DNA of 64,000 nucleotides. It comes from Octopus vulgaris (Eukaryota). The notes beneath the pieces were generated by a model that was not told the DNA's origin, ran no database searches, and saw only the letters and a program-made list of their open reading frames with translations. The position numbers and the translations under genes were made by a program. Every line of letters starts with the position of its first letter. Within the stretch, counting starts at the first letter, position 1. Location of the stretch: assembly GCA_951406725.2 (NCBI GenBank), contig OX597825.1:7192001-7256000 (forward strand), given 5' to 3'. Below are positions 52,721 through 64,000 of the stretch, in pieces.

Positions 52721-54147
52721 TAACACTGGTGTAGGTTATTGTTTCCAAAACCCTCAATTATGGGGAAACCAGTTACAAGTAACTGGGGTCGCTGGAATAT
52801 ATCTAAACATATCATTAAGTCAGAATTCACTGGAAAGATTTGTCCTTTCCTTAAAAGTAGTCCATTGGAGAATTTTAATTTTTTTTGTAAAATCTGCCAA
52901 GTTAGCAAAACTGTTTGTTTCTGTTCTCTCAACACATACATCATAGATTCTGTATAAGATTAGGGACTTGATATGGGAACAATAACTAGATATTATAAGT
53001 AACTGAAACTAGGTCACTACCCTGGCTATGGACAGGCAAAGACGCTAAACAATATTATTAGTAATCACTTACAGATTAAATCAATGAAAAGTTGTGAGAG
53101 TGGACTAATTCTAAAACATATCTTGTTGTATTAAATATGTATATCACCACCACCCCACCCCCACTCCCATCTTCACCATTACCATTATGATGATGATGAT
53201 GATGATGTTAGTTGTGGTGATGTTGTCTTTTTTTTGCTGACTTGGTAATATGCAAGATTTTCCAAACTAGAAACTTAATTAACCAAAAGAAAATGCATGT
53301 GTGTGAAAAAAAAAAAAAAAAAGAATTTCATATCTATTATTGATTTTATTTATCATTAATATAATTTTGATGGATAAACAAGAAACAATATCTCCATTAT
53401 TTAACCAGTCTTCTTTCAAATTTTTTTCTCTCTCTATTTACCTCACAATCAGACTACACCCCCCCCTTTTTTCTCTCTCTCTCTCTCTCTCACCCTCTCT
53501 TTCTTTCTATCTTTCTTCTCTCTTACCATCAAACCATTACTCCAAGCTCAAACCCGTACAAACAATAAGTGTGTAATGTAAAGGATAAATAGATTATTGT
53601 CTTAATGTTGGGACAGCAGTAGTCTGCTAGTTTCTCTTATTAACTACATTCCTTTACCAACAACTCCAACAATAAATGGGACTATTATTTTGGAAACACA
53701 TAGTCTTCTCCTTTATGCTTTTGGCACCGAAGCAAATGTATACATCTATTGTTCTTGCGTTGGTCTGTTTTGTTTTATGTATACACTCATGTGTGTGCGT
53801 ATGTATATTTACATAGATATATACTTGTACGTATCTGTATATCTCTCTCCTTACACATACACACATATATATAATATATATATATGTACATACACACATA
53901 TATATATATTATACACACAAACATATATATATACATGCTCACACAGACACATATGCGTTTATGTGTACATGTGTTAATATATACTCACACATACATATAT
54001 ATATATATAATACACATACACACATATATATAATATATATATATGTACATACACACATATATATAGATTATACACACAAACATATATATATATACACACT
54101 CACACAGACACATATGCATGTATGTCCACATGTGTTAATATATACTT

Positions 54148-54185
<38 letters not shown>

Positions 54186-54560
54186 TGTACATACATATAT
54201 ATATATTATATACACACATATATACACACACTCACACAGACATGTGTGTATGTGCACATGTGTTCATATATACTTACACACACACACACACACATATATG
54301 CATGTATGTTTGTATTCATACTCACACGCATATACTGATAAAAATATATGTATGCATGTATATGTATGAGTGAGTAAGTGTATTCATGAAGATTTTTATA
54401 TATGTATTTGTGTGTTTAAATGTGTATGATGCTGTAGTCACTGGTTGACCAACTTCAGCCTGGAGTTACAAGACCATTGTTAAAAATTCTTAAAGGTACT
54501 GTCTAGCATGCCAAACATCTGTGTCAGAATACCATGAGATAACGAGTGTACAAGGAGATG

Positions 54561-54619
<59 letters not shown>

Positions 54620-54620
<1 letters not shown>

Positions 54621-55172
54621 TGCCCTGATGCAGCACCAGGCAGTGGTTCTCATGGCTTTTGATCTTAACTGATTGGAAGTGTTATCATGTACATTGTTTT
54701 GTCTTGGTATAAAAGATGGACTACAGCAAATATTCTGCTCAACACCACAGATTTGCTTGTCAGTTGTTTGACCTTAAACAGTTGAGCATGTCCCTTAGTG
54801 GCTGACGATATGTGCATCTCTGATCTCGAGCAGAAGTAGTGGGGGAGCATCATAGCCGTGTGTTGAGAGGAATTCTTTGGGCTTTGAGAACAATCTCTGG
54901 AAACATGGGTGTTTCCTTCAACATTCTTAAACAACCCTTATTCAGGAACCTTTTGAGCGGGATGGGTTATTTGACCTGAAGAAAATTCTAACTGGGCCCC
55001 ACCTGCAAGGTCATGTGCTGTTTATCCTGATATGAAATCACCATGTCATGCAGATATGATTGTGATGCATGTGCCTGGTGTACCCTTATCAGACGAGTAG
55101 TCATGATGGTCATACTGGGCTTCATATATTTTACCCTAGTGTCACTTTGATGGCATGCACTGCTCTCTCACA
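54620..55172 (+). mobile_element. Unclassified ~550-bp repeat flanked on both sides by (AAT)n
   Basis: Second copy at 16436; (AAT)n at 54563-54617 and 55173-55203. Confidence 0.8.
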
Positions 55173-55173
55173 C

Positions 55174-55205
<32 letters not shown>

Positions 55206-55206
55206 T

Positions 55207-56045
55207 ATGAGCAAAAGAAATAGACAAAGCAAAATCCCAGCAGTGGCTGAGAAGCTCAAGACTCAAAGCAGAGACTGAAGGATTTTTAATTGCAGCACAA
55301 GACTGAAGCGTCCCCACCAGAAATTACCAAAAACATATAATGAAAAGAAACATAACAAGTAACTGCAGAATATGTGGAGATGGACAAGAAACAATAAATC
55401 ATATTGTCTCTGGCTACCCAGTCCTGACTGAGAAGGAATATATTCACAGGCACGTCAGAGTTGGGACCTACATACACTGGAAGCTATGCCAGCACTATGG
55501 AATAACATTAGAAATACGATGGTTTAAGCACACACTAGAAAAGGTCACAGAAAAAGAGAAAGCAACCATACTCTGGGATATGCCAATACACACAGATAGA
55601 GATATTAAGGCCAATAGGCCAGATATAATTGTCAGAGATCATGAAGAAAAAAATGCTTTCTAATTGATGTATCAATACCAGCAGATGACAACGTGTCTCT
55701 AAAAGAAATGGAGAAACTTTCAAAATACAAAGACCTGAAAATAGAGGTAACTTGAATGTGGAATCTAAAAATAGAAACAATTCCTATCATAATAGGCGCA
55801 TTAGATATGATAAAAAAATATTCAGACAAATACATAACAAAAACACCAGGACTTACAAATATATATGACTTACAGAAAATAGCACTACTGGGCACTGCAC
55901 ACATCCTACGCAAAATATTTTCAATACAGTAACCATAAGAGCATCACAGCAAACCACAGCTCATACCTAAGGCACACAGAGCTGTGCTCGGTAGTGAAGT
56001 GAAAGCACGTTATAAAAATAAGACTACTAAATAATAATAATAACA
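55207..56045 (+). mobile_element. 5'-truncated R4/Dong-like non-LTR retrotransposon (zinc knuckle + restriction-like endonuclease), pseudogenised
   Basis: ETEGFLIAAQD*, CRICGDGQETINHIVSGY (CCHC with last C>Y), HRH, ILWD, ANRPDIIV..LIDVSIP, EKLSKYKDL, PIIIGAL; stop 55930-55932; (AAT)n at both ends. Confidence 0.9.
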
Positions 56046-56989
56046 ATATAGAAGATACACACAGTATGGCTATAACTCATTATATGAAGTCATATTCCTA
56101 TTGTAAATCAATGACACATTTTAAAATGAAAACAGAAACAAAATGTATTTGTGTTGTGTGCCACTCAGAACCACCTGTTATGGGAATGATTTAACACAGA
56201 AAGAGAGAAAGGAGAGAAACGCTAAAAGAATAAGACCAATTTTGAGTTTTTCATATTTTGTTGCTTGTCTTTAATTATTGCTGACAAGAGAGAATCTTTG
56301 AAAGCGTTATCCAGTTTTAAATGACAATTTAATGATATTGTCAAGTAAAAGTCAATGAAACAGATCAGAGTCAGCTTCACACCATCTGTAAAACTGACTT
56401 TTTCTTTATTGTCAAGCTAACATTAAAATCCAGCAGCAGTGGCAGAAGTAGCAGCAGCAATGTTACAAAATAGCTTTCTCATATGAGGTTTATAGCAATT
56501 CATTTTTTGTCTCATTAACAGCGTTTCTCCAGTTTTTTTTTGGGGGTTTTTTTTCTTTGGTGCTGTTGTGTGTTTTTTGTTATCGAAGAACAGCCCTTGT
56601 TAACTCTGCTTTAGTAAGCTGACAGGATGCAAGTAGTAGCTAATTAAGGAATCATTCGATCACTATTCTAGCTGTAGCTCTGCTTCTATTATTGAAAGAC
56701 ATTTTGTGTAAAGAATTAGGGCATTGAACATGAGGGTTCCTTTTGCCGATAATTCATTTGAGGAGATATTGCTAATTTATCACATTGTCATATGTTTAAG
56801 CATTACTAGGTATTACCGGTATGCAGTGGCCTGGGAACAAAATTTTCTTAGGGGTCGCAAACTCAGTTCCAAAATTAGGCACTACTGTAGAAGTGTGGAT
56901 CCGAGTTCTGGGAGTGTGCATGTCACAAATTTGCGCATGCGAGCGTGTTAGACGTAAGTACTCGATTTTAGCACACAGGTAAACAACGA

Positions 56990-57400
56990 GATGTGCGCTA
57001 TTTGCTGTAAATGGAGGGTGGGTTATCTATCTAATACAAGAAGAAAATTGCAGATAAATTGAATAAAAACATGAAAAATAACAAAATGATATTTCATTGA
57101 AAAGTAAACCATTCTGAAAAATAGTTCAGAATGTTTTCAAAACATTCATCTCCAGCTTTTCCCATATTTTATTAAGGGTTAGGGTTTAGGGTTAGGTTGA
57201 AGATTAGGGTTTAGGGATTTTTTTTTTTTTGTTTTTATGACCGGGTCAAACGCTTTAGTTTGATCGTTTAGGGTTAGGAGAGATGAATGTTTTTTTCAGT
57301 ATTCAATGATTATTTTTCACTTTTATATTCATTTTATCTACAATTTTCTTTTTGTATTACATGGTTAACCCCGCTCCATTTACAGCAAGTAGCGCGCATC
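56990..57400. mobile_element. Fold-back/MITE-like element with long TIRs and internal TTAGGG-like repeats
   Basis: gatgtgcgctatttgctgtaaatggag.. pairs with ..ctccatttacagcaagtagcgcgcatc; inverted homology extends over 100 bp. Confidence 0.75.
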
Positions 57401-58239
57401 CACGTATCATATGTACCTACCTATCTCTGTCTCTCTCTTATCGGTCGTATTATTCTTTGCTCCGCAGTGAAAGATTGTTTTTGTGCTGAAAATTGCGAAA
57501 ATTTGCTGTTCTTTCGCCCTTGTTTCAAGGGGGAAGCGGCGAAAAACATGAATTTGCGACCAATTTCTTCGGAGTCGGAGGAAAACGTCAAAAATTTGTT
57601 TGAAGGCGAAAATGTGGGAGGAGGAAGGTGAAAGTAGAGAGGCGTCGCACGCGCGCCTTACAAAAGCAGACGACAAGATGTCGAGCGAGGCTAAACAAGA
57701 GGAAAAGGCAAAAATATATTTTGCGAGTGCAGCAACTCGCCGCCCCTGCTAAAATATAGTTATTAACAAGGAAGATTTGAAGAAATACCAAGGTTTACTC
57801 AAAAAAAGAAGGTGATAATGTGAAGTTGCTCCCTCCCAGTGAATTAATTTACGCTTCGGAGAGAAACATATTTATTATTATTTTTTAAATTATTTTATCT
57901 AGTTTCAGCTCGCGAGCTGTGGCCATGCTGGGACACCACCATATAATGTAAAAAATTTAAAAAATCGACTTTGTATCGAGGGAAGCGATAGAAAATGCTT
58001 GAGGCCGATATGGCAACAAACAAGCTACATAACGAGGGGTAGTCGCTTCGGCACTGTAGAGGCAGTGGCCCGGCAACAAAATTTTCTTGTGGGGTGCAAA
58101 CTCAGTTCCAAAATTTGGCACTACTGTAGAAGTGTGGATCCGAGTTTTGGGAGTGTGCATGTCACAAATTTGCGCATGCGAGCGCGTTAGTCGTAAGTAG
58201 AGAAAATTGGTGAAGAAAGAACAATTAGGAAGAAAGAAG

Positions 58240-58554
58240 AGAATATATTTCTTTACTACCCACAAGGGGCTAAACACAGAGGGGACAAACAAAGACAGAC
58301 AAAGGGATTAAGTCGATTACATCGACCCCAGTGCGTAATTGGTACTTATTTAATCGACCCCGAAAGGATGAAAGCCAAAGTCAACCTCTGAGTTCAAATT
58401 CCGCCGAGGTCGTCTTTGTTTTTCATCCTTTCGGGGTCAATTAAATAAGTACCAGTTATGCACTGGAATCGATATAATCGACTTAATACCTATGTCTGTC
58501 CTTGTTTGTCCTCTCTGTGTTTAGCCCCTTTTGGGTAGTAAAGAAATATATTCT
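58240..58554. mobile_element. Head-to-head inverted pair of 5'-truncated SINE family A copies
   Basis: agaatatatttctttactaccca / tgggtagtaaagaaatatattct ends; arms about 145 bp; spacer about 17 bp. Confidence 0.9.
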
Positions 58555-58873
58555 AAGGAAGCTTTGTATTTATTCTATCGCCTCTTCTTCCGAACCGCCA
58601 AGTTACAGAGGCATAATCGCATCAACATTAGTTATCAAGCGATGGTGGGGTGTGACATACAGACACACAAATACATACATTCGTATGTATTTGTGTTCTT
58701 GCATATGTACCTACCTCTCTCTCTGTCTCTCTGATCGGTCGTGTTATTCTTTGTTACGCAATGAAAGATTGTTTTTGTGCTGAAAATTGTGAAATGTTGC
58801 TGTTTTGGTCGTCGAGACCACATCTTTTCTGCTGTTGTTTCCCCCTTATTTCAAGGGGGAAGCGGCGAAAAAC

Positions 58874-59907
58874 ATGAATTTGCCACCAATTTCTCCAGAG
58901 TCGGAGGAAAACGTTGAAAATTTGTTTGAAGGCATGAAGGCGAAAATGTGGGAGGAGGAAGGTGAAAGTAGAGAGGCGTCTCACGCGCGTGTTACAAAAG
59001 CAGACGACAAGATGTCTACTTACACAACAAGAAAAATCAAAAATATATTTTGCGAGTGCAGCAACTCGCCGCCCCTGCGAAAATATAATTATTAACAAGG
59101 AAGATTTGAAGAAATACCAAGGTTTACTAGAAAAAGAAGGTGATAATGTGAAGTTGCTCCCTCCTAGTTTGCGCGACGGAGAGAAAGACTTTAATATACA
59201 AAACATACTTATTATTTTATTATTATTTTATCTTGTTTCAGCTCGCGAGCTGTGGCCATGCTGGGGCACCGCCATATAATGTAAAAAAAAAAAAAAATCG
59301 ACTTTGTACCGAGAGAAGCGATGGAAAAATGGTTGAGGCCGATATGGCAACAAACAAGCTACATAACGAGGGGTAGTCGCTTCGGCACTGTAGAGGTGCG
59401 TTTCCCTAGCGAAGAAAAAGCTAGGGAACATTCAACAAGGACATTGAAGTCGGAAGAAGTAGTTCTCCTGCCGACTTAGGAAAGAGAACTTCAAAAATCA
59501 CAGTCACGGATATACGACCCGAAATAGATGTGGCCTTTGTCATAGCTGCTATTCTCATAGGCAAAGAAGAAGAAATTTCAATTCATCAATCTAAGAGATA
59601 CCACCACATGAACTGGTTTGGACAAGATTTAGTGCTTGTCATCCAAGCAAACCCGTCAGACTCAGAAAAATTGCCCAGTTCCCTTACAATTGGAGAAAAT
59701 ACCAGCATGAAGGTGGTAGTCGAGGGGAGAAAGCCCAGATGTTACAAATGTGGCGAGAAAGACCACATAAGGTCGAGCTGTAAGAAGAAAACAGCCAAAG
59801 AAAACGCAGCAGAAGAGGCAAGCACGATGCCGAAGACAACGACCACACCGCTAGAAATTACTTTGTGTAAAAAAATTATCTATTTTGTGTTTTATTTACT
59901 TTGCTAG
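58874..59907 (+). pseudogene. Disrupted gag-like ORF1 of a non-LTR retrotransposon (L1/Tx1-like, clade uncertain)
   Basis: MNLPPISPESEEN...KIYFASAATR...REAMEKWLRPIWQQTSYITRGSRFGTVEVRFPSEEKA...VVVEGRKPRCYKCGEKDHIRSSC (CX2CX4HX4C knuckle); frameshifts and a ~140-bp insertion. Confidence 0.7.
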
Positions 59908-60041
59908 GCAGTCGTTGTGGGATCGACTAGTCACGACTAGCTAGCGCGGATGCGTGAGCACGCGAGTGCGCGCACCGGGACCACTCTTCTTAAGTAGCAC
60001 CAATTTAGCCATTTCTCCGTAGATTGAAAAGAAGACGAACA

Positions 60042-60084
60042 ACCTTAATCGATTTTCGAACCTTGTTGGGTTCTCATCAGAGGC
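60042..60084 (-). ncRNA. Type I minimal hammerhead ribozyme with canonical core
   Basis: Minus strand gcct-CTGATGA-gaacc caacaa ggttc-GAAA-atcgat-TA-aggt: 4-bp stem I, 5-bp stem II with G10.1-C11.1, palindromic stem III AATCGATT, UUA triplet. Confidence 0.75.
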
Positions 60085-60617
60085 GTAGTGGTTCAAACAT
60101 GAAAAATAGAACTCATGTTGAGTCAGACTCAAATAATAAGTATAGATCTATTGATCGGCGAAAGTTACATAGTGACTGAAGGTTCGAGAGTTTCGTGCAG
60201 AGGCACTTATCAAACTAATTAAATCAGTGTTTTCTATATAAAACGAAAAAGCAGGACAGTATCGGGAACAAATATGACGCATAGAAATAGAAATAGAAAG
60301 GGAATGTTTTACAAAGAAAAGGATTGGAAAGGTTAGAAAACGGAGACAAAGTCCACCAAATGTTGAAAGCTGTGTGGGGTACCACTGAGGAAGAATAGAA
60401 GCGGGTGTCTGGCTTTACAAATTTATTTAGTAATTTCTGTTTGCAATTATTTATAGTTAAACGTTTCCTTTCAAGGTTTTTACTTTCAAACAACTTTTTC
60501 ATGCCCCTTTTGGACCTAACAACCTATATGAGAAAATCGTTTTGACTGAAAGAATTTTGAAAGGGTTTTATTTTTAAACTGGGGTCAAAACGGTCGAATC
60601 CATTCAACCAATTACAA

Positions 60618-60805
60618 CTGTATGGTAAGAAGCATGCTTCCCAACCACATGGTTCCGGGTTCAATCCCACTGTGTGACACCTTGGACAAGTGTCTTCTAC
60701 TATAGCCTTGGGCCGACCAAAGCCTTGTGAGTGGATCTGGCAGACAGAAATTGGAAGAAGTCCATCATGCATGTGTGTGTGTGTGTATATATATGTGTGT
60801 GTATA

Positions 60806-60870
<65 letters not shown>

Positions 60871-61105
60871 CTGTATGTATGTATATATCTATATGTGTGT
60901 GTCTGTGTGTCCCCTCCCCATCACCGCTTGACAACTGATGTTGGTGTGTTTACATCTCTGTAACTTAGGGGTTCAGCAAAAGAGACCACCAGAATAGGCA
61001 CCAGGTTTAAATAATAAGTCCTGGGGTTAATCTTTTAAACCAAAATCCTCCAGACTGGGGTTCCAGCATGGTCGCAGTCAATGACTGAAAAAAAAAGAAA
61101 TAAAA
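60618..61105 (+). mobile_element. SINE family B, full length with internal (TA)n
   Basis: Family homology. Confidence 0.85.
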
Positions 61106-62289
61106 TAAGTAAAATTTCTTATGGCCCAAACAGACAAAATGGAACAGGTGTTGCCCCAGAGTGTGGGAGTGAGATGTATCGGGTGTAGCTAATACCTTTA
61201 ACCTTAGTAATTTAGCAATTTCTGAACCATGGAAGCGGGTAGAAGAGGAAGTGAAGTCCACTCAGACACATGTAAATGGGAGATGCTGAATTCTACAGTT
61301 TTATTTTATATGACAATAAATGAAGAATTGCCAGGTTGATTATGCGATTCCAGTGGACTGAGGAAAACTTCACTGCACATCTGATGACAGCAAGGACAAA
61401 AGAAAGATTTGCCAGGGCAAAAATATGTTCTGTTGAAGTGTAATGATTTATTGCCAATTATTACATTCTCTCCTTACACACACACACACACACATACACG
61501 CACGTGTGTGTGTGTGTGTGTATTGGCAAAAGACAGACACATACCGACATGCACGCATGCACATATGTAGATACATGCTTGGTTTCTAAACAGTTTCCAT
61601 GTACCAAATTACCAAATACCAATCACAAGGAATGGAGAAAAATCATTTGCTTATATTTAAATATCATGAAAGCTAACTTTCAACTATTTGAACCAATTCC
61701 AAGAATTAGGTAACGATGTGAAGAATATATGAATATTCAAATGATGAAAGTTCATTGACTCTTTTCTCGGTAATTCAATACGAATGAATGGAAATATAAA
61801 AACAGTTTTATGTAATGCCCCATTAAATCTTTATTATAAACAGCAACAGCAGCAACAACAACAACAGCAGAAGCAGCAGCAGCATATATGATAAACAACA
61901 GCCAGTAATTCGTTACACTTAATGTTTTGGACTTGTTCTCATAATCAACAATTCCATTTCATATAATTCTTTATATTTTTGCACGAGGTTCTACTTAGTG
62001 GCACCACTCAGAAACATACCTCAATTATGACTAAATGTACATGAATATTAGATTTTTGCGTCTGTGTATTCATAAATTCTTTCTCCGCTGCAGTTATTTC
62101 ATTGGGTCTTTGAAGATGAAAATACTGTTAATAATTATTTGCAACTAGTGACAAACATTACTCGCTAATGTTATCACCAAAGTAAAAGTACCAGAACTTT
62201 AAGTAAAGCTACCAACAATTATAATATTTTCCAGGTAGAATAAATGTCTGCAGAGTTAGTATGTTTGGTTTCATAGCAAGAAATAGATT

Positions 62290-62620
62290 GGCGGTAAATC
62301 TTACAATGTTTATTCTTTTTGTTCCTTCTTGAGCAATGCCTGGCTCATAAGGGCCGGTTTCCCAGCTTCCTTGGCGAATAGGTTCCCCACCTGGACAGGA
62401 CGCCGGTCCATCGCAGGTGAGCTGCAAGATGCAGGAGGAAAGAGTGACAGAAAGTTGTGGCAAAAGAGTCAGCAGAAGTTCGCTGTTACCTTCTGCCGGA
62501 GCCGCGTGGATCTTAGGTGTTTCGCTCATAAACAGACACATTGACCAGTCTGAGATTCAAACCTGCGATCCCTTGACCACGAGTCCACTGCTCTAACCAT
62601 TAGACTATGTGCCTCCACAA
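62290..62620 (-). mobile_element. tRNA-SINE with family C-like head and RTE-derived tail
   Basis: Minus strand ggaggcacatagtctaatggttagagcagtggactcg head; gcgatggaccggcgtcctgtccagg...gaaaccggcccttatgagcc tail. Confidence 0.75.
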
Positions 62621-62664
62621 TCTTACAATGTGTAGAGAGTCAATCTATTGTGACATACCCAGAT

Positions 62665-63000
62665 TATGCAACTGGCACTTGTGCTGGTGGCACATGTAAA
62701 AAACATTTGGGCGAGGTTGTTGCCAGTGCTGCTGGACTGGCTCCTGTGCAGGGGACACATAAAAAACACCATTCGAGTGTGGCTGTTGCCAGTACCGGCT
62801 GACTGACCCTCGTGCCGGTGGTGCATAAAAGCACCCACTACACTCTCGGAGTGGTTGGCGTTAGGAAGGGTATCCAGCTGTAGAAACTCTGCCAAATCAG
62901 ATTGGAGTCTAGTGTAGCCATCTGGTTCGCCAGGCCTCAGTCAAATCGTCCAACCCATGCTAGCATGGAAAACGGACGTTAAACGATGATGATGATGATG
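62665..63000 (+). mobile_element. RTE-tail repeat family E copy
   Basis: gagtggttggcgttaggaaggg...ggacgttaaacgatgatgat. Confidence 0.85.
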
Positions 63001-63016
63001 AGGTGAACTGAGTTAA

Positions 63017-63229
63017 CCCTTTCGTTACCCTATTTCTGTTGAGATGCTCTGTGTTACTTTCAATTAAAACAAAGAATTTAGTAAAATAACTTTGTTATCA
63101 TTCAGCTAGTGTTAGGAACATAAATTGTGAATAAGGTTTGGTGGAAAATTTCAATTCAGAACTTTTGAAACACAAGACATTTGTAGTACAGAGCCAGAGG
63201 CAGTTTCAGCTGGGTTGGTATCAAAAAGG
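63017..63229. mobile_element. piggyBac-like MITE
   Basis: TTAA on both sides (63013-63016 and 63230-63233); TIRs ccctttcgttacc / ggtatcaaaaagg. Confidence 0.75.
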
Positions 63230-63604
63230 TTAAAGTGGAATTAAAGGTTCTCCTCCACTTCCCAACAAAAGACATTTGAACTTTTGTTCACCAATTAGTC
63301 CAATATTCTACCAGCTTTTCTGTTTTTTCTATTCTTTTCTTTTTCCCTATTTTAAAAATTTTCTTTGTTCCTTTATACTTTTCCTATTTTTTATTACTTT
63401 TTCCTATTCTCTACTGATTTTACTATTCTTTTCTGTTTTCCAATTCTTTACTGTTTTACCAATTTTTTCTGTTTTTTGTATTCTTTTCTGTCCCCCCTCC
63501 CATTCTTTGCTGTTTTCCTATTCTGTACTGATTATCTTATTCTTTGCTGTTTTCCTATTTCTTTCTGTCGTTCATATTTGTTTTACTGTTTTTGCTATTC
63601 TTTT

Positions 63605-63764
63605 CTCTCTTTTACTCTTTTACTCTTTTACTTGTTTCAGTCATTTGACTGCGGCCATGCTGGAGCACTGCCTTTAATCGAGCAACTCGACCCCGGGACT
63701 TATTCTTTTTGTAAGCCCAGTACTTATTCTATCGGTCTCTTTTGCCGAACCACTAAGTAACGGG
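63605..63764 (-). mobile_element. SINE family B, 3' portion
   Basis: Homology to 14167-14320. Confidence 0.9.
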
Positions 63765-63772
63765 AGAAATGG

Positions 63773-63882
63773 AATGCTTACAGCACCTAGGTTTCCCAAG
63801 CGGTCACCCATCTAAGTACTAACTAGGCTCGATGTTGATTAACTTCGGTGATTGGACGAGAACCGGTGCTTTCAACGTGATG
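63773..63882 (-). pseudogene. 5S rRNA pseudogene (5' ~10 nt missing)
   Basis: Minus strand cacgttgaaagcaccggttctcgtccaatcaccgaagttaatcaacatcgagcctagttagtacttagatgggtgaccgcttgggaaacctaggtgctgtaagc matches metazoan 5S, with substitutions. Confidence 0.92.
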
Positions 63883-64000
63883 TTTTTTTTTTTATATTTC
63901 TTTCCTTCAACTTTACCGTTTTTCCCATTTCTTCCTCAGCTTTATACAACAACAAAAACAACATTAACTAAACACTAGCTTAACCAATTCCATGCATTCG

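Larger units (their letters stand above)
56823..59395 (+). repeat. Local tandem duplication A-B-A-B (A: 56823-56960 / 58062-58199; B: 57410-58061 / 58702-59395)
   Basis: Blocks aligned by eye; the two A/B junctions contain different inserts. Confidence 0.9.

Noticed and set aside
499-54373. Numerous YI/HT/CV/MYVC-rich ORFs in the ORF track (e.g. 321 aa at 42324-43289, 249 aa at 15250-15999, 234 aa at 37028-37732)
   Set aside because: They are stop-free translations of microsatellites, open in several frames on both strands
57172-57279. True or fused telomere
   Set aside because: Only a few degenerate TTAGGG units, enclosed in a TIR element
63773-63882. Functional 5S rRNA gene
   Set aside because: 5' end missing, several substitutions, no oligo-T terminator and no tandem array

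Overview
AT-rich eukaryotic DNA, very rich in microsatellites. The SINE families and overall composition suggest an octopus or other coleoid cephalopod; this is an inference and no database search was run. No host protein-coding exon could be identified, and almost all ORFs in the supplied track are translations of (TA)n/(CA)n/(TATG)n/(CAT)n repeats or of SINEs. The window contains: several tRNA-derived SINE families, decayed fragments of RTE, R4/Dong-like (RLE) and gag-ORF1 LINEs, Tc1/mariner relics, hAT-, piggyBac- and Helentron-type non-autonomous elements, two minisatellites, and a 5S rRNA pseudogene. Main signals: (1) a five-copy element combining a tRNA/Pol III head, (AAT)n and a Penelope-type minimal hammerhead ribozyme, with Penelope-like inverted ends; (2) three further unrelated hammerhead motifs, one with a fully canonical core at 60042-60084 (-); (3) a consensus recursive-splicing-type site (polyY-TACAG|GTAAGT) at 16012-16045 (-), compatible with the window lying in a giant minus-strand intron; (4) a 5S rRNA copy fused in the same orientation to a SINE 3' tail; (5) several long fold-back repeats that could be ADAR substrates. 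Repeat boundaries were read by eye and are approximate unless a TSD or TIR is quoted. SINE labels A-E and H are my own.
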